Below, one piece after another: positions 1-12,104 of a DNA stretch of 64,000 nucleotides. Made by a program: the position numbers and the translations under genes. Position 1 is the first letter of the stretch. Each line of letters opens with the position of its first letter. The notes under the pieces were generated by a model. That model was given only the letters and a program-made list of their open reading frames with translations, ran no database searches and had not been told where the DNA came from. The stretch is from Mobula hypostoma. Its lineage: Eukaryota. Location: the NCBI RefSeq assembly GCF_963921235.1, contig NC_086107.1, forward strand, positions 112,408,001 through 112,472,000. The letters run 5' to 3'.

Positions 1-1030
1 ACTTGATGGCAGCAGCGAGAAGAGAGCATGGCCTGGGTGGTGGGGATCTCTGATGGTGGATGCTGCTTTCCTGAAACAGCGTTTTGTGGAGACGTGCTCA
101 GTGGTGGGGAGGGCTTTACCCATGATGGACTGGGTCTGATCCACAAATTTTTTTGTAGGATTTTTCATTCAAGTGCATCGGCATTTCCATACCAGTCCCT
201 GATGCTGCCAGTCAATATATTATGGAAGTCTGTCAGAGTTTTAGATGTCATGCAAACTCCAAAGGAAGTAGAGGCTGTGCTGTGCTTTTTTTTTTGTAAT
301 TGCACTCACATCCTGGGCCCAGAACAGCTCCTCTAAAATAATAAGGAATTTAAAGTTACTGACCCTCTCCATTTCTGATCCTCCAGTGAGGACAGGCTGA
401 TGAATCTCTGGTTTCTGCTTTCTGAAGTCCATGATCAGCTCCTTGGTCTTGCTGACATTGAGTGAGAAGCTGTCGTTGTGGCACCACTGAGCCAGATTTT
501 CCATCTCCCTCGTATATGCTGATGTGTCACCACCTTTAATTCGGCCTACAGCAGTGGTGTCTTAGCAAACTTGAAGTTGGCGTTGGAGCTCTGCTTAGCC
601 TCGCAGTCATAACTGCGCAGCGAGCGGAGCGGGGCCCTGTGGGGCACCTGTGCTGATGGAGATCATGGAGGGGACGTTGTTGCCAATCCGAATTGACCGG
701 TGTCCGCAAGCAAGAAGATCAAGGATCCACCTGCGCAAGGAGGTCTTGAGACCAAGGTTTTGGAGTTTATTAATTTGTTTTGACGGGATGATGGTGCTGA
801 ATGCGGAGCTGTAGTCAATGAGGAGCATCTTGGCGTGTGCGTCTTTGCTCTCCAGTTGTCTCAGAGTTGAGTGAAGAGCCAATGAAGTGTCAGCTGCTGT
901 TGACCTGTTGCTCCAGCGGGCAAATTGGAACGGATCCAAGTCGCTTCTCAGGCAGGAGTTGCTATGTCTCATCACCAACCTCTCAAAACACTTCATCACT
1001 GTGGATGCAAGTGCCACTGGATGATAGCCA
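1..1030 (-). mobile_element. Rex1/Babar-clade LINE reverse transcriptase fragment (frameshifted)
   Basis: ORF 607-1017: ALASTVMKCFERLV...LDPFQFA..NRST...LLIDYSSAFSTIIP...STGAPQG; ORF 241-504: WCHNDSFSLNVSKTKELIMDFRK...FKFL. These are typical RT and downstream motifs of this clade. Confidence 0.85.
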
Positions 1031-1464
1031 TGAACTTATTTTGAACTTTGAGTTTCTGGATCAGGTGTGGGAGTGGGTGTCACTTCCAGGGTGTTTGATG
1101 GAAGTGGGAGACCTTTGAATTCTCTCACAGTCCCTCTTGACTGAGAAGTGCAGTGCTGAAAACCATCAGCAGCTAAAGCAAAACCGAAGCCATGTGATCA
1201 GTGAGAAAAGGAACAGTTCCAATGTGTACTTTTGGTTTTGTTTTTAGATTCATTTATTTATCACATGTGCATTGAAACAATCAGTGAAATGCATCATTTG
1301 CGTTAACAACCATCACAACTTAAGGATGTGCTGGGGGCAGCCCGGAATTGTCTCCAAAGAAGCCCGTGTCAACATAGTATACCCACCATGTTCAGCAGAA
1401 TTACGCAAGCAATAACAATGGAACAACAGCAAACCTAACCCTATTCCTCCCTTCCTCTTCCCCA

Positions 1465-1506
<42 letters not shown>

Positions 1507-2069
1507 CTCCAGCCCCAGGACAGGCCATCTTCGGCCTCGGGCCTCTAGCAGACTCGGGCTCACAGACATTGCGCTTTCACTACTCCCAGAGTTCTGGCCC
1601 ATCGGGCCTCAACTTCTGGACTTCCGATCGACCTTAGGTTTTGACCCAGGACTCGCCAGTGACACCAGATAAGGACCCTGCATAAGGAACCCGAATTCCA
1701 GACTCTCCGATGACTAGCACCCCGAACACTAAACCTCAAACATGGGTCTCCGCCGGGCTCACTGTCGCTTGTGCCACCAGCCTGCACAGAACTCCGAACC
1801 CGGAACCCACGATGACTCACTGACCAAAGAATACCACCAGCCCTCGTCCTCGCTGGTCTGCCAGCCCAGCCTCCCTCCACGGATGCCCTTCGCCACACGT
1901 CCACATCGCTGGACCTCAAACACAGAGCAGAGGCTTAGACTTTGGGCACATCTCTAAATGCCTCACATCCCTATCCCTAATCTCTAATCTGACCAATAAC
2001 TCTCCTCTCTGTCCCCAAATCTACTCCTATGGACTGAGAAAAAACAACTGTTTTCTCTAACTATATTTT

Positions 2070-2540
2070 CAGATTAGAATCAGGTCTAATATCACTGGCA
2101 AACATTGTGGAAGTTTTTAACTTAGTGGCAGCAGTACAATGCAATACATGATAACATAAAACACAAATAAATTACAGTAAACATATATATATAATGTATA
2201 TTAAATAGTTAAAAATAGTGCAAAAACAGAAATACTAAAGAAGTGAGGTAGTGTTCATGGGTTCAATGTCCATTTAGAAATCTAATGCCAGAGGGAAAGA
2301 ATCTGTTCCTGAATCGCTGAGTGTGTGCCGTCAGGCTCCTGTACCTCCTTCCTGACGGTAACAATGAGAAGAGGACATGTTCTGGGTGATGGGGGTCCTT
2401 CATAATGGATGCCACCTTTCTGAGGCACCGCTCCTTGAAGATGTCTTGGATACCATAGAGGCTAGTACCTAAGATGGAGCTAACTAATTTTACAACTTCT
2501 TGTAGCTTCTTTTGATCCTGTGCTGTCGTCAACCCCCACA
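2070..2540 (-). mobile_element. Rex1/Babar LINE 3' end fragment
   Basis: RCLRKVASIMKDPHHPEHVLFSLLPSGRRYRSL...RFRNRFFPSGIRFLN plus a (tctgaa)-type tail. Same family at about 5490-6410, 12425-12750, 14725-15370, 19500-20125, 30905-31540, 58745-59370 and 59370-59670. Confidence 0.8.
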
Positions 2541-4379
2541 CCCATTCTCTCTGACTACTAGTTCCAAAAGCACCAGGCACCATGGCAATAATTGGCTCCA
2601 GTGATCCAGGCTCGATCCTAACCTCAAGAGCTATTTGTGGAGAATCTTCGCTTCTCCCTGTTATCCTGTGGGTTCCTCCAGTCCTTCAGTTTCTTCCCAC
2701 ATCCCAAAGGCGTGCAGATCAGTAGGTTAGTTCGCTATTATAAATTGTATGTGCGTGAGAGGTGGAATCTGAAGAAAGCTGGTGGGAATGTGTGAAGAAT
2801 TAAATGGGATTGGTAAACGGGCAAAATGCTAGAGGAACTCAGTAGGTCAGGCAGCATCTATGTCAATGTTTTGGGCCGAGACTCTTCTTCAGGAGTGGAA
2901 AGGAAGAGTGGAAGATGCCAGAATAAGATAACAGGTGGGGGGAGGGAAAAGAGGACAAGCTAGAAGGTGATAGGTGAAGCCAGGTGGGTGGGAAAGGGAG
3001 AAGGGAATCTGATAGGAGAGGAGAGTGGACCATGGGAGAAAGGGAAGGAGGAGGGGGGGACCAGAGGGAGGTGATAGGCAGGTGATGAGAAGAGAAACGA
3101 GTCCAGAGTGGGGAATAGAAGAAGAGGGAATGAGGAGGAAGAAAAATTAGTGTAAATGAGTGCTTGAAGATCGGTACAAACTTGCTGGGCCTGCTTCCAT
3201 GCTGTATGACTATGACCTTGATCTCCACCCTTTTATAAACATTCCCTCCCTTCCTGCAAGTCAAAACACACACAAAACGCTGGAGGAGCTCAGCAGGTCT
3301 TATCGCATCTATGGAGAGGAATAAACAGTTGACGTTTTAGGCCGAGGCCCCTCTGGTGCCCCTCCACCCACAGCCCACTCTCCTCTCCAACCAAATTCCT
3401 TCTTCTTCAGTCCTTTATCTCTTCCACCCATCACCTGCCAGCCTCTGAATTCACCCCTCCCCCACCAAAAGCACGTTCCCCCTCCCCGAGTTTAACCAAT
3501 CAGCTGCCAGCTTGTACGACTTCTTCTTTCCCCACCTTCTTATTCTGGCTCTTGCCCCCTTTCCTCTCGAGTCGCGATGAAGGGTCCCTACCCAAAGTAT
3601 TGACTGTTGATTCCTCTCCATAGATGCTGCCTGACCTGCTGAATTCCTCCAGCATTTTGGACACAAGAGGCGCTTCCGGTTCTGGAAATCTAGAGCGATA
3701 CACATAGTGTTGGAGGAACTCAGGAGGCCAGGCAGCATTTATGGATGGGGATAAGCAGTTGATGTTTTGGGCCGAGACCCTTCAACAGGATTCAGCATTT
3801 TGTCTGCGCTTTTTACACGGTTCCAGTTCTGATGAAGAGTCGTCGACCGCTCGCGGATTCTGAGTGTTTCTGGCATTTTCTGACTTGGATTTGAGTAATT
3901 GAAAAGTCCTGATTTAGAAGCTTGGAAACAGGAGCTGGTTAAATGAGATGGAAAACAATTAAATATGCATGAAAACGAATGGAGAGAAAAAAAATCCCAT
4001 TTAGGCAACACCTAAATTGAGAAGAAATACTCCCAATTTTATAGCGTCATTCCTAATCTCAGGGTATCCCAGCAGTTAGCAGAACGGAGAGGCTAGCAAC
4101 TGGGGTTCACTTCTCGCCACTGTCTGTAAGGAGTTTGTACATTCTCCCTCTGACTGTGTGGGTTTCCTCCGGGTGCCTTGATCTCCTTCCACAGTCCAAA
4201 GACGTATCGTTTGGTAGGTTGATTAGTCATTGTGAATTGTCCCGTGATTAGGCTAGGATTAAATTGGGGGATTGCTGGGTGGTGCGGCTGGAAGGGCCTG
4301 TTCCATGCTGTACGTCAATAAATATAAATAGTGATGATAAGGGAGGGGGAGAGTGGGAATGTGGGTACATAAGATCCCA

Positions 4380-5290
4380 TGGTGCTATTTTGGAGAGTCC
4401 TATTGAGTTACCCCTGCTATTGTTCAACCTTCGTAATCGAACCTACGTCCACCACTTCCGCTGGTAGCTCATTCCAAGCTTCACCACCTTCTGAGTGAAG
4501 AAATTCCCCTTCAGGTTCTCTTTAAACATTTTACCTTTCACCCTTAACCCATGACCTCTAGTTCTAGTCTCACCTGACCTCAGAGGAAAATGCCTGCTTG
4601 CGTTTGCCCTGTTTATGCCCTCATAATGTTGTATCCCTCTATCAAATCACCTACCACCTTGTACTTCTTCTTCCCCTACCCCCACTTCTTATCTGACTTC
4701 TCATCTTCTATTCCAGTCCTGATGATGGGTCTTGGCCCAAACGTCGACTGTTTGCTCTTTTCTGTAGATGCTGCCTGGCCTGCTAAGCTGCTCCAGTAGT
4801 TTGTGTGTGTTGCTTGGATTTCCAGCTTCTGCAGATTTTCTCCTGTTTATCTATCACATCTCCCCTCATTCGCCTTCGCTCCAGGAAAAAAGTCCCAAAC
4901 TATTCAACCTTTCCTTATAACTCAGGTGCTCAAGCCCCAGCGACATCCTTGTAAACCTTCTCTGTAGTCGTTCAAGCTTATTGATACCTTTCCTGAAGGT
5001 AGGTGACCAGGACTGCACACAGCACTCCAAATTTGTCCTCACCAACGTCATACACAACTTCAACAAAACCTACAAACTCTTGTACTCAATACATTGATTT
5101 ATGAAGGCCAATGTGCCAAAAGCTCTCTTTATGACCCTCTCTACCTGTGACACCATTTTCAAGGGATTATGGACCTGTATTCCCAGATCCCTTTGTTGTC
5201 CTGCACTCCTCACAGCCCGTCCGTTCACTGTGTATGTCCTACCCTGGTTTGTCCTCCAAAGTGTAATACCTCACACTGGTCTGCATTTCT
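4380..5290 (-). mobile_element. CR1-clade LINE RT C-terminal fragment with an inserted Penelope-derived repeat (about 4645-4850)
   Basis: ORF 4866-5066: LVRTNLECCVQSWSP..RKGINKLERLQRRFTRM..GL..LSYKERL..LGLFS. Confidence 0.8.
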
Positions 5291-5645
5291 GGATAACTTC
5301 GACATAGGAAGTTCCGTGAAAAGATATGAACTGATAATGATATTTTTGGAAGTATATCATCTAATCTGCCTCACTTAGTGTTTTAGAATTATTCATGTTC
5401 AGCCAAGGGAACGCGTTTGAATTTATTTTACTTAATGATACAGCAGAGAGTGGGTCCTTCCGACCTTCCAATCCACACCTCCAGTAATCAGAATCAGGTT
5501 TATTATCAACAGCATGTGTCGTGAAATTTGTTAATTTAGGAGCAGCAGTTCAATACAATACATAATATAGAAGAAGAAAAAAAACAACAAAATAAAATAA
5601 TAATAAATAAATAAATACATAAATAAATCATTACAGTATACGTAT

Positions 5646-6142
5646 CACACATAGAAGTTGCTGGTGAACGCAGCAGGCCAGGCAGCATCTCTAGGAAGAG
5701 GTACAGTCGACGTTTCAGGCCGGGACCCTTCGTCAGGACTAACTGAAGGAAGAGCTAGTAAGAGATTTGAAAGTGGGAGGGGGAGGGAGAGATCCAAAAT
5801 GATAGGAGAAGACAGGAGGGGGAGGGATGGAGCCAAGAGCTGGACAGGTGATTGGCAAAAGGGATACCAGGGGATCTTGGGACAGGAGGCCCAGGGAGAA
5901 AGACAAGGTGCGGGGGGAACCCAGAGGATGGGCAAGGGGTGTAGTCAGAGGGACAGAGGGAGAAAAAGGAGAGAGAGAAAGAATGTGTGTATATAAATAA
6001 ATAACAGGTGGGGTACAAGGGGGAGGGGGCATTAGCGGAAGTTTGAGAAGTCAATGTTCATGCCATCAGGTTGGCCTGCTGCATTCACCAGCAACTTTTA
6101 TGTGTGTTGCTTGAATTTCCAGCATCTGCAGGTTTCCTCGTG
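5646..6142 (-). mobile_element. Penelope-derived non-autonomous element with inverted terminal segments and a hammerhead motif
   Basis: 15-bp TSD ttacagtatacgtat at 5631-5645 and 6143-6157; the terminal segments are inverted copies (aagttgctggtgaacgcagcaggcca / tggcctgctgcattcaccagcaactt). Confidence 0.8.
5705..5740 (-). ncRNA. Minimal type I hammerhead ribozyme motif
   Basis: Reverse complement reads agtc-CTGACGA-agg(gtcccgg)cct-GAAA-cg-TC-gact, identical to the 12007 copy. Confidence 0.8.
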
Positions 6143-6684
6143 TTACAGTATACGTATATTGAATAGATTAAAAATCATGCAAAAAACAGAAATAATATAT
6201 ACTGAAAAAAAGTGAGGTAGTGTTCAAGTGTTCAATGTCCATTTAGGAATCGGATGGCAGAGGGGAAGAAGCTGTTCCTGAATCGCTGAGTGTGTGCTTC
6301 AGGCTTCTGTACCTCCTAGATGATGGTAACAGTGAGAAAAGGGCATGCCCTGGGTGCTGGAGGTCCTTAATAATGGACGCTGCCTTTCTGAGACACTGCT
6401 CCTTGAACATGTCCTAATTAACCCCCAATGACTCCAATTAACCCTAACCAAATCATGACACAGTTTACAATGACCAATCAATCTACCTAGTACGTCTTTA
6501 GTGGGTGGCAAGGTGGAGATGTGTCTTTACTGAAGAAGGTGTAAGACACACCTTCCCTTCTCAAGCCTGCAGGTCACCCTTGGGCAAGGTGTACCACCTG
6601 CTCAGCCCCCCCGCCACGCACTGATCAGGGTCACGTGACGCCATTGGAGCAGAGGTGGATGGTCGTATGAGCAGCTGGTGCCTA

Positions 6685-6975
6685 CCATGGGCGGCACGGT
6701 AGCCTAGTGGCCAGCACAACACTTTCCAGTACAGGCGACCAGAGTTCAGTTGCCATCGCTGCCTGTAAGGAGTTTGCACGCTCTCCTCATGGGTGCGGGA
6801 GTTTCCTCTGAGTGCTCCAGTTTCCTCCCCCAGTCCAAAAACGTAGCAGTTGGTAGGTTAATTTGTCATTGTAGACTGTACCGTGACTGGGCTGGGATCA
6901 CATCAGGGGATTGCCAGGCAGTGTGGCTTGAAGGGTTGGAAAGGCCTGTTCTGTGCGGTATCTCAATAAATAAAT
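6685..6975 (+). mobile_element. HE1-like V-SINE (representative copy)
   Basis: tRNA head ggcggcacggtagcctagtgg, body gtaaggagtttgcacg..ctcc..gggtttcctc.g.gtgctcc.gtttcctccc.cagtccaaa, (aata)n tail. Other copies at about 2590-2820, 4060-4330, 7700-7865, 8055-8310, 10020-10260, 24240-24530, 33735-33995, 49170-49425, 51195-51480, 53500-53945 and 56785-56990. Confidence 0.8.
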
Positions 6976-7174
6976 ATCACAGGTCCCGGTTATGCCGGGC
7001 AGACGATCACTGAAGAATATTGACAATGACTGAGGTCACCCATCTCGTGAAGACACTGCCCAAAAGAACACAATGGCAAACCGCTTCTGTAGAAAAAGTT
7101 GCGAAGAACAATCACGGTCAAAAGATCATGATCGCTGACATCATACAACACGGCGTGTAATGCTGTTGATGATA

Positions 7175-7700
7175 GAGCCTAGAACATAGAACAGTACAGC
7201 ACAGTACAGGCCCTTCGGCCCACAATGTTGTGCCGATCCTTAAACCCTGCCTCCCATATAACACCCCACCTTAAATTCCTCCATATACCTGTCTAGTAGT
7301 CTCTTAAACTTCACTAGTGTATCTGCCTCCACCACTGACTCAGGCAGTGCATTCCACGCACCAACCACTCTCTGAGTAAAACACCTTCCTCTAATATCCC
7401 CCTTGAACTTCCCACCCCTTACCTTAAAGCCAAGCCCTCTTGTATTGAGCAGTGGTGCCCTGGGGAAGAGGCGCTGGCTGTCCACTCTATCTATCCCTCT
7501 TAATATCTTGTATACCTCTATCATGTCTCCTCTCATTCTCCTTCTCTCCAGACAGTAAAGCCCTAGCTCCCTTAATCTCTGATCATAATGCATACTCTCT
7601 AAACCAGGCAGCATCCTGGTAAATCTCCTCTGTACCCTTTCCAATGCTTCTGCATCCTTCCTATAGTGAGGCGACCAGAAGTGGACACAGTACCTCAAAT
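7175..7700 (-). mobile_element. CR1-clade LINE 3' end
   Basis: ORF 7240-7755: HLRYCVHFWSPHYRKDAEALERVQRRFTRMLPGL...RRRMRGDMIEVYKILRG...FTQRVVGAWNALP. Confidence 0.88.
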
Positions 7701-10416
7701 GAAGATGATGACTTTGGACTGTAGGAGGAAACCGAATGCCCCTGGAAAACCCCACGCTTTCTACAGGTGGCAGTACAGACTCCTTACAGAAGGCGCCGAG
7801 ATTGAACTCTGAACTTTGACATCCCCAGCTGTGATGGTATCGCGCTAACCACTAAGCCACCGCGGTAGCGTTTTGTTTGGAAGTACGTTAATTGCATCAT
7901 AAACTAGAGTTAGCTGTGCAAACCTCTCAAGTGGAACGTGAACCCACAACCATCTGGCTCACAGTGATACAATGATACTTACTAAGCCATACCTGGCACC
8001 CACATAGAGAGCATGTTTTCGTTTACTTTCTGCAGTGAGTGAAAAGGTGACCCACTGTAAGCGCGACACTATTACAGCTCGGGACGTCAGAGTTCACGGT
8101 TCAATCCCAGCGTGCTCCATAAGGATTTTGTACGTCCTTCCTGTAGAATACATGGGTGTCCTCCCACAGTCCAAAAATGTACCGAGCTGGTTAAATCGTC
8201 CGGTGATCAGGTTAGGGTTAAACTGGGGTTATTGGGGTTGCTGGGACAGTGTGGCCCAGAGGTCCGGTGGGGCCTGTTCCCTGCTGTATCGCCAGGTAAA
8301 TAAATAGATAGGTAGATGGATAATGCCAGGAGTCTATAAATCTCAGCTAATGACTGGCTCTGGGAATTATAAGCTCCAAGTTCTTGTTCCGGGCTTATCA
8401 GTATGCCAGACCTAAACTGCTCACTGAATATTCAGTCAAAATCAATTGGCCTAGACCAGAAGTCAGCAATCAAAATCAAATGTAAAGGCAGTTTTACAAA
8501 TTTGATCAAAGAAATATCTTAACAGTTGTCCCTGTTTCAATAATTGATCAACAGGGCAGAGGCACGTGCAACAGTTACTCACACATGTTTATTGTTGTTC
8601 GGGCCCATGAATACCACCTCACTATCGTAATCCATTTTGGCACTTTTTAATTTGTTTTTTTTATATAGTTATTGTAATTTTATTCATGTATTGTACGGTG
8701 GTGGCGGTGATTGTTCGTCGTGTCCGACCATGACAGGAAACCTGTGCAGGAGAGTTTATAAAGTGGAAAAGCCTTTTCACCGGGGCAGTTCCACTCTCTC
8801 GATCTCAGGAGTCCAAGCCCGGTGGGATGAACAAGTGTCACAGACCGGGGTTTTCCTTGGTTGCAGTGGATGACCATGAAGTCTCCTGTGCCCTGTCATG
8901 CTCTTCGCTCTCCATGGAGCGTTGCAAAACCACCTTCCTGGCCTTTAGATCTCACTGGAGATCTCATCCGCCCCGTCCGCCAGCCACGCTCACCTGGTTT
9001 AGCCTCACCTGTCGAAGCAGTGTACGGGGTTGTGCCCACTGACACTTGCAAACGGCTACTTGGAGCCACAGGTGAGGGCTGAGTGTCCGGTGGGGACCGA
9101 AGGTGAGTGAGCAGTTCTGGAATGGACATGACAAGCCCCTTCCCCAGAGGTGCTACCCCTCCCTGGACATCCCATACAAATGCTGGAGATAAAGTTGGTA
9201 ATTTTGAAATTTCAAAGCAACATATTTCACGGCGTACTGTATGTCAGTGGTAATAAACCTAATTTTGATACACAAACACAAGAAAATCTGCTGATGCTAG
9301 AAATCCAAAGCAACACACACACAAAATGCTGGAGGAACTCAGCAGGTCAGGCAACATCTATGAAAAAGAGTCAATGTTTCGGGCTGAGAACCTTCTTCAG
9401 GACTGAGAGGGAAGTGGGGGCGAGATGCCTGAATTAAAAGGTGGGGAGAGGGGGGAAGGTGACCTGGGAGATGATAGGTGAAGTTAGGTGGGAAAGGTCA
9501 ACGGCTGGAGAAGAAGGAATCTGATAGAAGAGGAGAGTGGACAATAGTTGGAATGGAAGCAAGAGGGAACACAGGGGAAGTAATAGGCAGGTGAGAAGAA
9601 GTTAAAGATCAGAGTGGGGAATAGAGGAATGGGGGGGGGAATCGACATTCATGCCATCAGGTAGGAGGCTACCCAGATGGGATATAAGGTGTTGTTCCTC
9701 CACCCTGAGAGTGGCCTCATCTTGGCACAAGAGAAGGCCGTGGACTGACATGTTGGAACGGGAATGGGAACCGCAAATGAAAATTGATTTCGATACAATT
9801 TTTTTTTGCAAAATTTGTTCCCTCATAGTTTACAAACCAGGAATGTCTCTGTATCCCTCCTCTCTCTCGAGAAGCAAGCACTTCATTGCAAATTAATACA
9901 GCACCTCAAACCCATAAACCAACTTACAATATTGCAGCATCTCAGACACAATGCAGAGCAAAAAAAATACTGGCCGTCTTGTAAAGAATATGGACAAAGC
10001 TGGTAGAGACACTACCTAACAAGATCCAGCATCCTGCGCTTTCTCCTGACTCTGGTGCTGTCTATGAGGAGTTTGCACATCCTTCCTGTGGTCATGTGGA
10101 GATGCCTTCAACATCCCAGAGATATACAGAATTGCCTCTTGTGTGCAGTTGAGTGGTAAAATCTTGTGTTGAGGGGGAGTTGGTGGGAAAATAGGGAGAA
10201 TAGATTGTCAGGGAAGACTGATGGAGGAATGGAAGACAACTCGATGGGCTGAAATACCCTCCTCGTACATCAATGGGAAATATGAAAGAGCTCCCCTATT
10301 GCAGTGCCACATGCCCATTAAAACCAGTAATCTGTTAAAAACATCTGCAATGATATAGAAACACTGGGCAACAAATTTTTTTCAAAAGTGTTGTTTCCTC
10401 AGAATTTTTTTTCTTT

Positions 10417-10955
10417 CAGCTTGAAGCTCAGGAGACGGGCTGAGTCGAGGCCAGTGCCGCCACTGAGGTGTCATGGGAGTACACGGAAGATCGAAAGCAG
10501 CGTGTTGGCTGCTGGCTGTACGCCCAACGACCCGAGACCTTTGGGCACAGAGCTCGGAAAAAGCAGCACAACAGACTTTTAACACTATAAGTCGACGAGT
10601 TGTTTTGTTATATCTCCCCTCTCGCTGTGAAACGGGGACACCTCTTTTTCCCTTATTAGGGAGAGAGAGGGAGCCTGTGGTATGTCGAATTACCAGGTAA
10701 ATGAGTAGTTGTTGGGGTGAGTGCTCAGTGGAGGGTGCAGATGCTTTTTTTTGCTGGTGGGGGGTCGTTGCTTTGTTGCTGCTGCTTATGCATGGGAGTG
10801 GGGAGCTGGGGGGATTTGGGGTTCTAACAATTAACTGTCATTCATTCTTTGGGGCACTCCTCTGTTTTGGTGGACGTTTGCAAAGAAAAAGAATCTCAGG
10901 ATGTGTATTGTATACATTTCTCTGACATTAAATGAATTTATAGAAACCTATTGAA
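10417..10955 (+). mobile_element. Unclassified interspersed repeat nested in the Chapaev3-like element
   Basis: Shares cgctgtgaaacggggacacctct...gagagagagggagcctg...cattcattctttgggg...tctctgacattaaatg with copies at about 24540-24715/25500-25680 and 62050-62398. Confidence 0.6.
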
Positions 10956-11421
10956 CACAAATCTAATTTCAGACTACTTATATCACAGAAATTTGGAGAA
11001 ACAAGAAATTAACTTGTATTGAATCCAATATGTTTAAATTGCATAACTGAGCTGATGCTTTGAAATAGTTCAACTAAGCTAAGAACGTTTTGTTGATGAT
11101 TTTCATTTGTACTCAGTACTCAGTGTCTGAGGCTTCTCGCTTAAGTGTCCAACAATAGTCAGCCAGCATTGATGGATTCCCGTTGCCCTGATACCGTTTC
11201 CCCATGACCGCAATATCCTAGTGAAACCTTTCACCGTGCTCGTCACTGACAGTACCAAGGTTTGCAGGGAAGAAGTCAAGATGGGAATGCGACAAATGAA
11301 TATTCAGTGACCTGTTGCACTTCATGGTTTTGAGTGCTTGAAACATGTTGTCAACCAGCTGCACGTAGTTTGGTGCTCTGTAGTTGCCAAGAAAATTTTC
11401 AACAACCTTGAATGCCTTCCA

Positions 11422-12104
11422 CACAAACACAAGGAATTCTACAGATGCTGGAAATTCAAGCAACGCACATCAAAGTTGATGGTGAACGCAGCAGGTCAGG
11501 CAGCATCTCTATGTCTGTCCATGTCTATCCACGACCCATTCCCATTCTGACATGTCTCTCCACAGCCCATTCCCATTCTGACATGTCTATCCACGGCCTC
11601 CTCTAGTGTAAAGATGAAGCCACACTCAAGTTGGAGGAACAACACCTTATATTCCGTCTGGGTAGCCTCCAACCTGATGGCATGAACATTGACTTCTCTA
11701 ACTTCCGCTAATGCCTCACCTCCCCCTCGTACCCCATCCATTATTTATTTTTATACACACATTCTTTCTCTCACTCTCCTTTTTCTCCCTCTGTCCCTCT
11801 GACTATACCCCTTGCCCATCCTCTGGGATCCCTCCCCCCCTTGTCTTTCTCCCCAGACCTCCTGTCCCATGATCCTCTCATATCCCCTTTGCCTCTCACC
11901 TGTCCAGCTCTTGGCTCCATCCCTCCCCCTCCTGTCTTCTCCTATCATTTTGGATCTCCCCCTTCCCCTCCCACTTCCAAATCTCTTACTAGCTCTTCCT
12001 TCAGTTAGTCCTGACGAAGGGTCCCGGCCTGAAACGTCGACTGTACCTCTTCCTAGAGATGCTGCCTGACCTGCTGCGTTCACCAGCAACTTTGATGTGT
12101 GTGG
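11422..12104 (+). mobile_element. Penelope-derived element with GIY-YIG C-terminal remnant, inverted termini and a hammerhead motif
   Basis: 15-bp TSD cttgaatgccttcca at 11407-11421 and 12105-12119; the + strand encodes SIHGLL.CKDEATLKLEEQHLIFRLGSLQPDGMNIDFSNF, which I recognise as a Penelope endonuclease C-terminus. Confidence 0.82.
12007..12042 (+). ncRNA. Minimal type I hammerhead ribozyme motif
   Basis: agtc-CTGACGA-agg(gtcccgg)cct-GAAA-cg-TC-gact: intact catalytic core, stem I agtc/gact, stem II agg/cct, palindromic ACGT stem III; predicted cleavage after 12038. Confidence 0.8.
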
